The notes: generated by a model from the letters alone, not told the origin. DNA of 64,000 bases from Actinomycetes bacterium (GCA_021788115.1 JAJYLA010000002.1:20476-84475); one strand, 5' to 3'; shown: positions 1 through 10,531, counted from the stretch's first letter. Translations and numbers: made by a program.

Positions 1-671
1 TTCCAGCCGTCCTGGCCCGAGGCGTCGGTCGAGGTGATGGCGGCGAGCCGGGTCCAGCCCTGGCCCTCGGCGTAGTTGATGAACGCCTGGGTCTGGTTGG
101 TGGTCGAGTTGCCCGAGGAGTACACGTAGCTTCCGCGCTTCGGGTGGTCGCCGGGAGACATGTCGTAGGTGACGGGCCCGCTGGAGCCGATGAGGGCGTC
201 CACGGGTCGGTCGACGGTCGTGATGCTGCCGACGATCAGGATCGGCACCTTGCCGATGAGCGGCGACGCCAGCGAAACCGACACCGAGGCGGTGGTCTGG
301 TTGTCGCCCACCTCGAACTTCAGCGGATGCCCGTCGATGCCTCCGCTGGAGTTCACCTGGTTCTGCAGAGCCAGCAGGGCGGTCTTCTCCTCGCCGCCGA
401 GGAAGGATGCCGAGCCGGTCACCGACAGGATGGCGTGGATGACGTACGGCGACCCGGTGGGGGTCGCCGAGGTGGAGGCGGACCCCGGCGAGGAGCCCGA
501 CGTCGGCGTGGTCCCTGATCCCGACGTCGTTGTGGTGGCGTTGGACGACGGGTGGGACGATCCGCAGGCGGCGAGCCCTGTGAGCGCGACGACTCCTGCG
601 ATCGCCATCCCGCGCCGGAGCGTGCGCCGTCCGGGCGAGAAAAGGGCGTTCGGCACCCCCGTTTGACTCAT
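1..671 (-). CDS. ABC-transporter substrate-binding lipoprotein (Leu/Ile/Val-binding-protein-like type I fold); C-terminus cut by the window edge
   Basis: Missing from the ORF track because it is open at the edge. My reverse translation from ATG (671-669) gives MSQTGVPNALFSPGRRTLRRGMAIAGVVALTGLAACGSS..., with lipobox LAAC and a Ser/Thr/Gly linker. It continues PYVIHAILSVTGSASFLGGEEKTALLALQNQVNSSGGIDGHPLKFEVGDNQ. GGAGG lies about 9 nt upstream. Confidence 0.7.
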   Translation of the reverse strand, partial: MSQTGVPNALFSPGRRTLRRGMAIAGVVALTGLAACGSSHPSSNATTTTSGSGTTPTSGSSPGSASTSATPTGSPYVIHAILSVTGSASFLGGEEKTALLALQNQVNSSGGIDGHPLKFEVGDNQTTASVSVSLASPLIGKVPILIVGSITTVDRPVDALIGSSGPVTYDMSPGDHPKRGSYVYSSGNSTTNQTQAFINYAEGQGWTRLAAITSTDASGQDGW

Positions 672-762
672 GTCTGCGGACCTCCAGTGCTGGGCCACGG
701 CTGCGAGCCTGATAGCCGGCAAGACCCCCGGCTGCGCATCCCCCTTGACGTTTCTTCTCGGA

Positions 763-791
763 ATGATAGCCACGGGCAAATGGTCATACAA
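763..791 (-). promoter_or_regulatory. Candidate sigma-70-type promoter for the binding-protein gene (TTGTAT-17 nt-TATCAT on the minus strand)
   Basis: Minus-strand reading shows TTGTAT (791-786), a 17-nt spacer and TATCAT (768-763), about 90 nt upstream of the ATG at 671. Confidence 0.4.
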
Positions 792-861
792 ATAGCGGAC
801 GGATCGAAGGATCACTATTTCTCCCCTTGTTGTTCGGGCTGAGCGGGCCCCGGCGATGCGG

Positions 862-2103
862 CTAGTAGAAGGCGCCCTCCGCGTCGAGTTGGGCGAGCTC
901 CTCCTCGGTCATGCCGAGCAACCCGGCGAAGACCTGGTGGGTGTGCTCGCCGAGAAGGGGCGCCGGCGATTCGATGACGGCCGGGGTTGCGGAGAGCCTG
1001 TAGGGCGGACCCTCGGCGTGGTGATCACCGACCTCGGCGTGGTCGAGGGGGCGCCAGAAGTCGTGGGCGGCGAGCTGGGGGTCGCTGAAAAGGTCGGCCA
1101 TGTCGTTGACGGGCGCAGCGTGGACCACCTGCCCGCGAAGGGCGTCGACGACGGCGTCGCGGGACCTCGAGGCCGTCCAGGCGGCGAGGTGACCGTCGAG
1201 GTCCTCCTCGTTGGCCTTGCGGCCCGCCTGGGAGTCCAGGTCGGGCGTCGCCGCCCACGGGGGGTCCCCCAGGGCGGTTCGCAGCCTGCGCCACTCGTCG
1301 TCGTCGTGGACGCTGATGGCGACCCAGCGCTGCTCGCCCCGGCAGGGGTAGATGCCGTGGGGTGCGGCGGTGGGGTGCCGGTTGCCCGAGCGACCGGCGA
1401 TGCGTCCGTCGGCGAAGTAGCCGAGCAGGGCAGGGGCGACGAACAGAAGCCCGCTCTCGTACTGGGAGAGGTCGATGTGGCAGCCCGCCCCGGTCCGCCG
1501 CCGGCGGTCGAGGGCGGCGAGCACGGCGCAGGCGCCGTAGGCGGCCGCGATGTAGTCGATGTAGGGGCCGAACAGCAGTGAGGGGTCGCGGTCGGGCCAC
1601 CCGGTGACCTCGATGAACCCGCTGAGAGCGGTGAGCTGCGTCCCGAAGCCGGGCTGGCGGGCGCGCGGCCCTGTGGCACCCTGGTTGCAGGTGCTGAGCA
1701 TGACCAGCGACTCGTCGGCCGAGGCGAGGACGTCGTAGCCGAGTCCGAGGCGTTCCATCACCCCCGGGGTGAAGTTCTCGATCACCACGTCCGCCGAGGC
1801 GATCAGCCGCCGGGCGAGGCGGACTCCCGGCTCGGTCTTCAGGTTGAGGGTCACGCCCAGCTTGTTGTCGTTGGTGAAGGCGAACAGGGCGGACCTCTCG
1901 ATGCCGGGCAGGTTGTCCTTGAACGGCGGGTAGTTGGTACGGAACCCGTCGAGGGCCACCCGGCTCTCGATGCGTATCACCTCTGCCCCGTGGTCGGCGA
2001 GGTGCTTGCCCACGCACGGCCCGGCGGCGAAGCCGCCCAGCTCCACCACCCGGACTTCGCTGAGGGCCTGCACGGCGGCCGGGTCGTTCGGGGTGTCGCT
2101 CAT
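862..2103 (-). CDS. Family III (CaiB/BaiF) CoA-transferase, 413 aa; candidate second subunit of a heteromeric aryl-dicarboxylate CoA-transferase
   Basis: Only the C-terminal 413 aa of track ORF 862..3255 look like protein. The sequence starts MSDTPNDPAAVQALSEVRVVELGGFAAGPCVGKHLADHGAEVIRIE, the typical family III N-terminus. The ATG at 2103 overlaps the upstream stop (ATGA). Confidence 0.85.
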   Translation of the reverse strand: MSDTPNDPAAVQALSEVRVVELGGFAAGPCVGKHLADHGAEVIRIESRVALDGFRTNYPPFKDNLPGIERSALFAFTNDNKLGVTLNLKTEPGVRLARRLIASADVVIENFTPGVMERLGLGYDVLASADESLVMLSTCNQGATGPRARQPGFGTQLTALSGFIEVTGWPDRDPSLLFGPYIDYIAAAYGACAVLAALDRRRRTGAGCHIDLSQYESGLLFVAPALLGYFADGRIAGRSGNRHPTAAPHGIYPCRGEQRWVAISVHDDDEWRRLRTALGDPPWAATPDLDSQAGRKANEEDLDGHLAAWTASRSRDAVVDALRGQVVHAAPVNDMADLFSDPQLAAHDFWRPLDHAEVGDHHAEGPPYRLSATPAVIESPAPLLGEHTHQVFAGLLGMTEEELAQLDAEGAFY

Positions 2104-3305
2104 CGCTGGCCGGCGACCGGCTGGCCCAGTATCTCGGCGTCGTGCTCGCCGGGCAGCGGCGCCCGCCGTGCGAGGCGGGGAACCGTCGAGCCGAAGCGGG
2201 GAAAGCCGCTTGGATAGAGGAGGGGGCGCCCGAGCTCGGCAACGGTCACGTCCTGCCAGACCTCCCGGGCGTCGAGCTGGGGGTCCGAGGCGATGTCGTC
2301 GGCGCGTGAGACGGGGTATCCGAGGATGCGCCGGCGGGCGGCTTCCTCGGCGAACTCCCGGCGGGTCAGCGTCGCCACGAAGGGCGCGATCGCCGCCTCG
2401 AGGCGAGCGACCTCCACCGCGGTGAGGGCGGTGACGTCGAAGGTGTCCCAGTCCACGGCGAGCAGCCAGTCGGGCGCCATGCCCCGCTCGGCCATCCACG
2501 ACACCAGGTGGCGGTTCGACGTCCGCCCGGCCACCCCGCCGTAGACGGCGAAGCTGATGTGCCCGTCGCGGCACGCCCACACGTTGCGCATCGCCACCCC
2601 GGCGACGTTGCGGCCGACCAGGAACGGCCCGTGGCGCGCCGGGACCTCCCCGTTCAGGTCGTAGAAGTACGGGGCGTGCGCCAGCGCGGTCACCACGGCG
2701 GCCTGGGCCGACACGTCGACGTGCTGGCCCACCCCGCTGTTCTGCCGGTAGTGGTGGGCCACCAGGGTCCCGAGTGCCGCGTGCAGCGACGCCCAGGCGC
2801 CCGCCTGGGGCTCGGTGATCCGAACCGGGGGCCGGTCGGGGTCCCCCGCCAGCCACGCCGCGCCACCCGCAGCCATGATCTCGAGGTCCGAGGCGGGAGC
2901 CGCGGCGCCGGGGGTGCTCTGGCCGTAGGGGGTGATCGACGTGAGGATGATCCTGGGGTTCACGGCCCGCAGGCGCTCGAAGGAAAGCCCGAGCCGCCCC
3001 AGGTAGCCGGGGGTGAAGCTCTCCAGCACGAAGTCGGACGCTTCCACGAGCCGCAAGAAGCGGTCGCGGTCTGCGTCGTCTTCGAGGTCGAGCACCACGC
3101 TGCGCTTGCCGACGTTGAAGGCGAGCCACGCCAGGCTCACGGAACCGTCGCTGCCGGCGACCGAGGGCTCCGCGCTCCGCCCGGGGTCCCCGCCGGGGGG
3201 TTCGACCTTGATCACGTCCGCCCCCCAGTCGGCGAGGATCTTGCCGCAGAGCCACCCCAGCTCCCCGGTGAGGTCGAGAGCCCGGTACGGCAGCATCGTC
3301 TCCAT
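2100..3305 (-). CDS. Family III (CaiB/BaiF) CoA-transferase, about 401 aa; candidate first subunit
   Basis: Track ORF 2100..3356. The N-terminus METMLPYRALDLTGELGWLCGKILADWGADVIKVEPPGGDPGR is typical of the family. I placed the start at Met18 (3305), downstream of the UbiD stop at 3337. Met21 (3296) is also possible. Confidence 0.85.
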   Translation of the reverse strand: METMLPYRALDLTGELGWLCGKILADWGADVIKVEPPGGDPGRSAEPSVAGSDGSVSLAWLAFNVGKRSVVLDLEDDADRDRFLRLVEASDFVLESFTPGYLGRLGLSFERLRAVNPRIILTSITPYGQSTPGAAAPASDLEIMAAGGAAWLAGDPDRPPVRITEPQAGAWASLHAALGTLVAHHYRQNSGVGQHVDVSAQAAVVTALAHAPYFYDLNGEVPARHGPFLVGRNVAGVAMRNVWACRDGHISFAVYGGVAGRTSNRHLVSWMAERGMAPDWLLAVDWDTFDVTALTAVEVARLEAAIAPFVATLTRREFAEEAARRRILGYPVSRADDIASDPQLDAREVWQDVTVAELGRPLLYPSGFPRFGSTVPRLARRAPLPGEHDAEILGQPVAGQR

Positions 3306-3336
3306 CGGGTCTACCGCCGGCGTCCGCGCGAGCGGA

Positions 3337-4935
<1,599 letters not shown>

Positions 4936-5022
4936 CGCTTCCTCCTCCTCCTCTTCGCCTTCTTTGCCTACTTTGCCGGTAGATCGCTTCCATGTTCCCC
5001 CGCCCGCCCCGGGATCTCGGCC

Positions 5023-5045
5023 TATGGTCTATTGGCCTGACCATA
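5023..5045. promoter_or_regulatory. Perfect 7-bp inverted repeat TATGGTC-N9-GACCATA in the divergent intergenic region
   Basis: Read directly from the sequence: tatggtc (5023-5029), a 9-nt spacer, gaccata (5039-5045). It lies between the UbiD start (4935, minus) and the amidohydrolase start (5111, plus). Confidence 0.4.
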
Positions 5046-5110
5046 TCCTAGCTGTCACACTGATGTCAACGATCACGGGATCCCCCGACCGAGCGGAGAG
5101 GCAGCCGAAC

Positions 5111-6088
5111 ATGTCCAAGATTGTCGACTTCCAGCACCACTACGTGCCCGGCGCTTTGGTGGAGAAGTTCGAGGGGGGCGGCAGCCCCAGCCAGCGGGTA
5201 GGGGCGGGGCAGACGAAAGCGAACCTCAACCGGTTTCTCTCCGACGCCCAGCAGCAGGTCGCCGACATGGACGAGGCCGGCATCGACACCTCCGTGCTGT
5301 CGTGCCTGCTCTCGTGGGACGCGCCGCTCGAGGACTGCCGGGTGACCAACGACGCGTTCGCCGAGCTGCAAGCGCGCTACCCCGGCCGCTTCGCCGGCCT
5401 CGCCCACGTCCCGACCCCCCTCGGCGCCGACAGCCTCGCCGAGCTCGACAGGGCGGTCGACGAGCTGGGGCTGCCGGGCGTGACCATAACGTCGCAGGTC
5501 GGAGGGGACCCCCTCGACTCGCCGAGCCTCTGGGACTTCTACGGGTGGGCCTCGAGGCGACAGGTACCGGTTTTCGTCCACCCGGCCATGCCGCCGACGG
5601 GCTACCGCTGGATCGTCGACCACGACCTGGACCGGATCATCGGCAGAGAGCTCGACCTGGCGCTCCAGACGACGCGGCTGATCGCGGGGGGCGTCCTCGA
5701 TCGCTTCCCCGACCTGCTTCTGGTGATCGCGCACTTCGGTGGCGGGATCGCCGCGCTCAAGGAGCGCCTCGCGGCCAAGGCCTACCGCTTCAACCCGAGC
5801 ATGCCGCGGCGCTTCGAGGAGTACTTCGATCAGCTGTACTTCGACATGTCGGGCTTCGAGGGCGGGGTCGGCGCCCTCCGCTGCGCCCTGACGGGGATCC
5901 GCCCTGACCGGCTGGTGTTCGCCACGGACTACCCCCAGGACTTCACCGGCTCGGCGACCGACACGGGCAAGGGGCCCGGCGCGATCCGCGGCTACGTGTC
6001 GACGATACGGTCGCTGGACCTGGAGCCCGACGCCGTCGAGGGCATGCTCGGCCGCACGGCGGCACGGCTGCTGCACCTCCCCGAGTGA
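5111..6088 (+). CDS. Amidohydrolase-2 family metal-dependent decarboxylase/hydrolase (ACMSD/LigW-like), 325 aa
   Basis: This is the in-frame ATG at 5111 within track ORF 4730..6088. MSKIVDFQHHYVP carries the HxH metal motif. AHFGGG and FATDYPQD near the C-terminus are typical of the family. Confidence 0.75.
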   Translation: MSKIVDFQHHYVPGALVEKFEGGGSPSQRVGAGQTKANLNRFLSDAQQQVADMDEAGIDTSVLSCLLSWDAPLEDCRVTNDAFAELQARYPGRFAGLAHVPTPLGADSLAELDRAVDELGLPGVTITSQVGGDPLDSPSLWDFYGWASRRQVPVFVHPAMPPTGYRWIVDHDLDRIIGRELDLALQTTRLIAGGVLDRFPDLLLVIAHFGGGIAALKERLAAKAYRFNPSMPRRFEEYFDQLYFDMSGFEGGVGALRCALTGIRPDRLVFATDYPQDFTGSATDTGKGPGAIRGYVSTIRSLDLEPDAVEGMLGRTAARLLHLPE

Positions 6089-6093
6089 TCAGA

Positions 6094-7077
6094 TCAGATG
6101 ACAAAGGCTTCGCTGCTCTCGGGGGCGAACAGGTCGCCCGGTTCGTAGAGCCTGGCCGCGAGGCCCTGCTCGTGCGAGTAGCGCAGGAACGTGCGCAGCG
6201 GGGTCTCGTTGGCTGCGACGCCGTAGCTCCAGAAGTCCTGCCCCATCAGCCGCCGGGTGGCCCGCGCATCGTCGTACGCCCAGGGCAGCATCGACGCGGA
6301 GGCGGCGGTCTCCTCGAGCCGGGCGTCGGCGATGGCCTTGGCGTCGGCGAAGGCCTTGAACATCGAGCTGGCGATCCAGCGGTCGTTCTCGTAGACGTCG
6401 CGCCGGATCACGACGGTGTGCATGATCGGGAAGATCCCGGTTCGGGAGAAGTAGCTCTCCTCCTCCGCCCGGGCGTCCGGCCACAGGCGACGAACCGCCG
6501 GATGGCCTGCCAGGAACGGCTCCGGAGTCCTCGGCGTGTACAGCGCGTCGATCTCGCCGCTCACGAGCAGACCTTCGAGGGTGGCGTCATCCTCGATCGG
6601 CAGTATCTCCACCCCGGGCGGACGCACCGCGACCTTCTCCCGCCGGCCGGGGCGGCGCAGGCCCCCGGTCCGGTACGAGACCCCGTCCACGGGCACGCCG
6701 TGGTGTTCGGCGAGGATGCCCCGGATCCACACCGCGGCCGTGACCTGGTACTCCGGCACGCCGACCACCCGCCCGCGCAGGTCGGCCGGCGTGTCGATTC
6801 CGGCGCCAGCGTGCACGTACACGCCGTTGTGGCGGAAGGCCCGGGACGGGAAGACCGGGATCGCGACGAAGGGCGCCCCGTCCGACATGCTCAGCACGTA
6901 GGTCGACAGGGACATCTCGGCGACGTCGAACTCGCGGTGCCGGGCCATCCGGAAGAACGTCTCCTCCACCGGAAGGTCGAGGTAGGTGAGCTCGACGCCC
7001 TCGGGGCGGACGCGGCCGTCGGCGAGGGGCAAGGTCCTGTCGTAGTCCCAGCACGCGAGGCTCAAGCGCCGGGTCAT
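6094..7077 (-). CDS. 4,5-dihydroxyphthalate-decarboxylase-like protein (NMT1/THI5-like periplasmic-binding fold), 327 aa
   Basis: C-terminal part of track ORF 6094..7440. The N-terminus MTRRLSLACWDYDRTLPLADGRVRPEGVELTYLDLPVEETFFRMARHREFDVAEMSLSTY matches my memory of the Pht5/PhtD-type decarboxylase N-terminus. The upstream part of the ORF is Arg/Ser/Pro-rich junk. Confidence 0.6.
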   Translation of the reverse strand: MTRRLSLACWDYDRTLPLADGRVRPEGVELTYLDLPVEETFFRMARHREFDVAEMSLSTYVLSMSDGAPFVAIPVFPSRAFRHNGVYVHAGAGIDTPADLRGRVVGVPEYQVTAAVWIRGILAEHHGVPVDGVSYRTGGLRRPGRREKVAVRPPGVEILPIEDDATLEGLLVSGEIDALYTPRTPEPFLAGHPAVRRLWPDARAEEESYFSRTGIFPIMHTVVIRRDVYENDRWIASSMFKAFADAKAIADARLEETAASASMLPWAYDDARATRRLMGQDFWSYGVAANETPLRTFLRYSHEQGLAARLYEPGDLFAPESSEAFVI

Positions 7078-7165
7078 CGCCCTTGCTCCTCGCGCCGCGG
7101 GTCGGTATGGTGCGTGCGTAGACGGGTTATCCGAAGGATGATAGTGACGCTGCCGGGGAGGGAAC

Positions 7166-8374
7166 GTGGCGGCCGTGGCCGAACCGGCTGAGGAGGGGCT
7201 CATCGTTGTGGGCGGCGGGATAGGAGGGCTGGCCACCGCGCTCGCGGTGGCGGGGGCCGGGTGGTCCGTCCGGGTTCTCGAGCGTTCCCCGGATTTCAGG
7301 GAGATCGGCGCGGGCATCCAACTCGCCCCCAACGCCACACGCCTGCTCGACCGGTGGGGGCTGCTCGACCGGCTGGTCGACGTGGGTGTCCTGCCCAGCC
7401 GGCTGGTGCTGCGCAGCGCCATGTCGGGGCGGGAGCTCACCTGCCTGCACCTCGACGAGAAGTTCCGGGAGACCTACAAAGGCCCCTACATCGTCTTGCA
7501 CCGCAGCGATCTTCTCGCCGCCCTGGTCGACGCGTGCCGCAGCCGGCCGACGATCACTCTCGAGGTTGACAAGACCGTCACAGAGGTCCTCGAAGACGGC
7601 GACGGCGTGGAGGTGACCTGCTCCGACGGATCGCGTCGCACCGCCTCCGCGCTGGTCGGCGCCGACGGCCTGTGGTCGGCGATCCGCCGGCGGATCGTCG
7701 ACGACGAGCCGATCTGCTCAGGGTTCGTCTCCTATCGGGGCGCGGTGCCGTTGGAGGCGGTCAGCGAGCACCCTTCCCTCGACGACGTCGTGGCGTGGAT
7801 CGGTCCGGGGTTGCACTTCGTGCAGTACCCGTTGCGGCGCGGGGAGCTGTACAACCAGGTGGCCGTGTTCCGCAGCGACGAGTACGCCCGCGGCGAGGAG
7901 GACTGGGGCACCCCCGAGGAGCTCGACCGCCGCTTCGCCTCCTGCTGCCCGCAGGTCGTCGCCGCGCTCCCCGCGCTGCGCCGCGACAACCGCTGGGTGA
8001 TGTACGACCGGGAGCCCGTCGCCTCCTGGAGCAGCGGCCGGATAACCCTGGTCGGCGACGCCGCGCACCCCATGCTCCAGTACCTCGCCCAGGGGGCGTG
8101 CCAGGCGTTCGAGGACGCAGCGTGCCTCGGTGCGGCGCTGCAGGGGCGCGGCGCCGACGAGGTGGCCGCCGCCTTCGGCGGCTACTCCGACGCCCGGTCG
8201 CCCCAGGCGTCACGGGTCCAGCGGAGGGCGCGCGTCTGGGGCGACATCTGGCACGTCGACGGAGTCGGTGCACTTCTCCGCGACGAGCTGCTGCTGCAGC
8301 GTGACCCCTACGACTACCGCCACATCGAGTGGCTGTACGGTCCCACGGCTTCGTGTTCCTGGCGGGACGCCTGA
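7166..8374 (+). CDS. FAD-dependent aromatic-ring monooxygenase (3-hydroxybenzoate 6-hydroxylase / salicylate hydroxylase family), 402 aa
   Basis: GTG start. The sequence contains LIVVGGGIGGLATALAVAGAGWSVRVLE (GxGxxG), EIGAGIQLAPNA, and GDAAHPMLQYLAQGACQAFEDA (the GD/FAD-ribityl motif). Confidence 0.8.
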   Translation: MAAVAEPAEEGLIVVGGGIGGLATALAVAGAGWSVRVLERSPDFREIGAGIQLAPNATRLLDRWGLLDRLVDVGVLPSRLVLRSAMSGRELTCLHLDEKFRETYKGPYIVLHRSDLLAALVDACRSRPTITLEVDKTVTEVLEDGDGVEVTCSDGSRRTASALVGADGLWSAIRRRIVDDEPICSGFVSYRGAVPLEAVSEHPSLDDVVAWIGPGLHFVQYPLRRGELYNQVAVFRSDEYARGEEDWGTPEELDRRFASCCPQVVAALPALRRDNRWVMYDREPVASWSSGRITLVGDAAHPMLQYLAQGACQAFEDAACLGAALQGRGADEVAAAFGGYSDARSPQASRVQRRARVWGDIWHVDGVGALLRDELLLQRDPYDYRHIEWLYGPTASCSWRDA

Positions 8375-8436
8375 GCACAAGCGCCGGGGGGCTAGTACCT
8401 TGGGGACACGAATAGCGAAGGAGTGCACCTGCGGCT

Positions 8437-9366
8437 ATGAACATGACGTTGTCGAAGAGGGGCGACTACGTGATGCGCTCCGCGATCTCGCTCGCCCGCG
8501 CGTTCGACAAGGGCTCCCCGCGGAAGATCCGCGAAGTCGTGGCAGACACCGACGTGCCCCAGACGTTCGCGTCCCAGATTCTCGCCGACCTGGTCCGGGC
8601 GGGGCTCGCCACGTCGAAGGCCGGGCGCGACGGCGGCTACCTCCTGAGCCGCCCCCCCGAAGACGTGTCCGTCCTTGAGGTCATCGAGGCTGCGGAGGGG
8701 CCGCTTCGCTCCGAGCGCTGCGCGTTGAGCGACGGGCCGTGCCGGTGGGATGCCGTCTGCCCCCTGCACGAGACGTGGTCCGAGGCGACCATCGTCCTCC
8801 GGGACCTCCTCGGCCGCACGAGCCTGGCGGAGCTGGCGGCACGCGACGAGGCGATCGAAGCGGGCACTTACGCGGTGCCGGCGAACGCCCACCGGTCGCA
8901 TCCACGCGCCGTGACCCTCGCGGACGTCGTGCAGGTCGAGCTTCCCGAAGTCGAGGTCCACCGGATCCTGGGCCGGCCGGGACACCTCCTCGGTTCGGTC
9001 GCCCGCGCGGCCGCCGCGGACCTCGGCGAGGCCGGCGGCGACGGCGTGTCGTCGCGGGGACGCGGGTCGCGGCGCTTTCCGGCCGACGCCTCCCTCGCCC
9101 CTGTCGGCTCGCGCAACTCGAAGGCCGAAGCAGCCCGCTATCTGCTCGTCTGGAGGCTGGCGGTCCGGCCCGACAAGCGCAGCCGTCTCGAGGGCGAGGT
9201 GACGGTCGGGGCCGTCGATCCCTTCCGCAGCGAGTTGCGGGTCGAGGGGACCTGGCATCTCGAAGGCGAGTGGGCCGGCAGCGCGGCGGAGCTGGAGCAG
9301 GAGGCGCGCCGCGGCCTCCGGTCGTTGCTGCGCCACCTGGCGCGGGGGCTCGAGAGCGCTACGTGA
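8437..9366 (+). CDS. Rrf2-family transcriptional regulator with a three-Cys cluster motif and a roughly 160-aa C-terminal extension
   Basis: (MN)MTLSKRGDYVMRSAISLAR... is an Rrf2 winged-helix N-terminus. CALSDGPCRWDAVCP gives C-X6-C-X5-C, as in IscR/NsrR-type Fe-S regulators. Residues from about 150 to 309 form an extra domain. The start may be Met3 (8443). Confidence 0.8.
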   Translation: MNMTLSKRGDYVMRSAISLARAFDKGSPRKIREVVADTDVPQTFASQILADLVRAGLATSKAGRDGGYLLSRPPEDVSVLEVIEAAEGPLRSERCALSDGPCRWDAVCPLHETWSEATIVLRDLLGRTSLAELAARDEAIEAGTYAVPANAHRSHPRAVTLADVVQVELPEVEVHRILGRPGHLLGSVARAAAADLGEAGGDGVSSRGRGSRRFPADASLAPVGSRNSKAEAARYLLVWRLAVRPDKRSRLEGEVTVGAVDPFRSELRVEGTWHLEGEWAGSAAELEQEARRGLRSLLRHLARGLESAT

Positions 9367-10531
9367 AGGCGTTGAGGCCGGTGAGCGCCTGACCGACGAC
9401 AAGGGTGTGCACCTCCGAAGTGCCCTCGTAGGTGAGCACCGATTCGAGGTTGGACGCGTGGCGCATGACGGGGTACTCGAGCGTGATGCCGTTCGCCCCG
9501 AGAATCGTGCGGCAGGTCCGCGCGATAGCGAGAGCCTCGCGGACGTTGTTGAGCTTGCCGAGGCTCACCTGGCGCGGCTGGAGCTTGCCCTCGTCCTTGA
9601 GGCGGCCGAGGTGCAGGGCCAGGAGGAAGCCCTTCTGAAGCTCGAGGGCCATGTCGGCAAGCTTTTCCTGCGTCAGCTGGTAGCCGGCTACCGGCCGGCC
9701 GAAGACCTGCCGGTCGCTCGAATAGGCGATCGCGGCGTCGAGGCAGTCCCGCGCGGCGCCGAGGGCGCCGAAGAGGATGCCGAAGCGCGCCTCGTCGAGG
9801 CACGCGAGGGGCCCGCGCAGCGACGACACGCCGGGCAGGACGGCGTCGGCCGGCAGCCGGACCCCGTCGAGGACGAGTTCGGAGGTCACCGAGGCCCGCA
9901 TCGACAGCTTGCGCGTGATCTCCGGAGCCGAAAAGCCGGGGGTGTCGGTGGGGACGACGAAGCCACGGATGCCTTCGTCGGTCCGGGCCCACACGATCGC
10001 GACGTCGGCGATGGAGCCGTTCGTGATCCACATCTTGGTGCCGTCGAGCACCCAGTCGCTGCCATCGCGGCGGGCGCGGGTCCGCATCCCCGACGGGTCG
10101 CTGCCGAAGTCCGGCTCCGTGAGCCCGAAGCAGCCGACGGTCTCGCCGGCGGCCATCGGAGGAAGCCAGCGGCTCTTCTGCTCCTCGGACCCCCAGCGGT
10201 AGATGGCGAACATGGCGAGGGAGCCCTGCACCGAGACGAAGCTTCTCACCCCGCTGTCGCCGGCTTCGAGCTCCATGCACGCCAGCCCGTAGCTGACGGC
10301 GTTGGTCCCCGCGCAGCCGTATCCCTTCAGGTGCATGCCGAGGAGGCCGAGGGCACCGAAGCTCTTCGCCATCTCCTTGGGCAGGTGACCCTCCTCCCAC
10401 CACCCGCCGAGATTCGGCTTCACCTCGGTGTCGACGAACCGGCGCACGGTGCGCGCGATCTCGTGCTCCTCGGGGCTGAGCAGGTGCTCGACGGCCAACA
10501 AGCTCAGCGGGTCTTCGCCTCCAGTGGTCAT
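9359..10531 (-). CDS. gcdH: Glutaryl-CoA dehydrogenase (acyl-CoA dehydrogenase family), 390 aa
   Basis: The sequence contains GCFGLTEPDFGSDPSGMRTRA, WITNGSIADVAIVWA and LTYEGTSEVHTLVVGQALTG, which together are typical of GCDH-type ACADs. It converges with and overlaps the Rrf2 gene by 8 nt. Confidence 0.8.
   Translation of the reverse strand: MTTGGEDPLSLLAVEHLLSPEEHEIARTVRRFVDTEVKPNLGGWWEEGHLPKEMAKSFGALGLLGMHLKGYGCAGTNAVSYGLACMELEAGDSGVRSFVSVQGSLAMFAIYRWGSEEQKSRWLPPMAAGETVGCFGLTEPDFGSDPSGMRTRARRDGSDWVLDGTKMWITNGSIADVAIVWARTDEGIRGFVVPTDTPGFSAPEITRKLSMRASVTSELVLDGVRLPADAVLPGVSSLRGPLACLDEARFGILFGALGAARDCLDAAIAYSSDRQVFGRPVAGYQLTQEKLADMALELQKGFLLALHLGRLKDEGKLQPRQVSLGKLNNVREALAIARTCRTILGANGITLEYPVMRHASNLESVLTYEGTSEVHTLVVGQALTGLNAFT

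Noticed and set aside
862-3255. A 797-aa ORF in the track that would be a single giant protein
   Set aside because: The N-terminal 380 or so residues are Arg/Pro/Gly-rich nonsense lying out of frame over the upstream CoA-transferase gene (2100-3305). Only the part from MSDTPND (ATG at 2103) looks like a real family III CoA-transferase.
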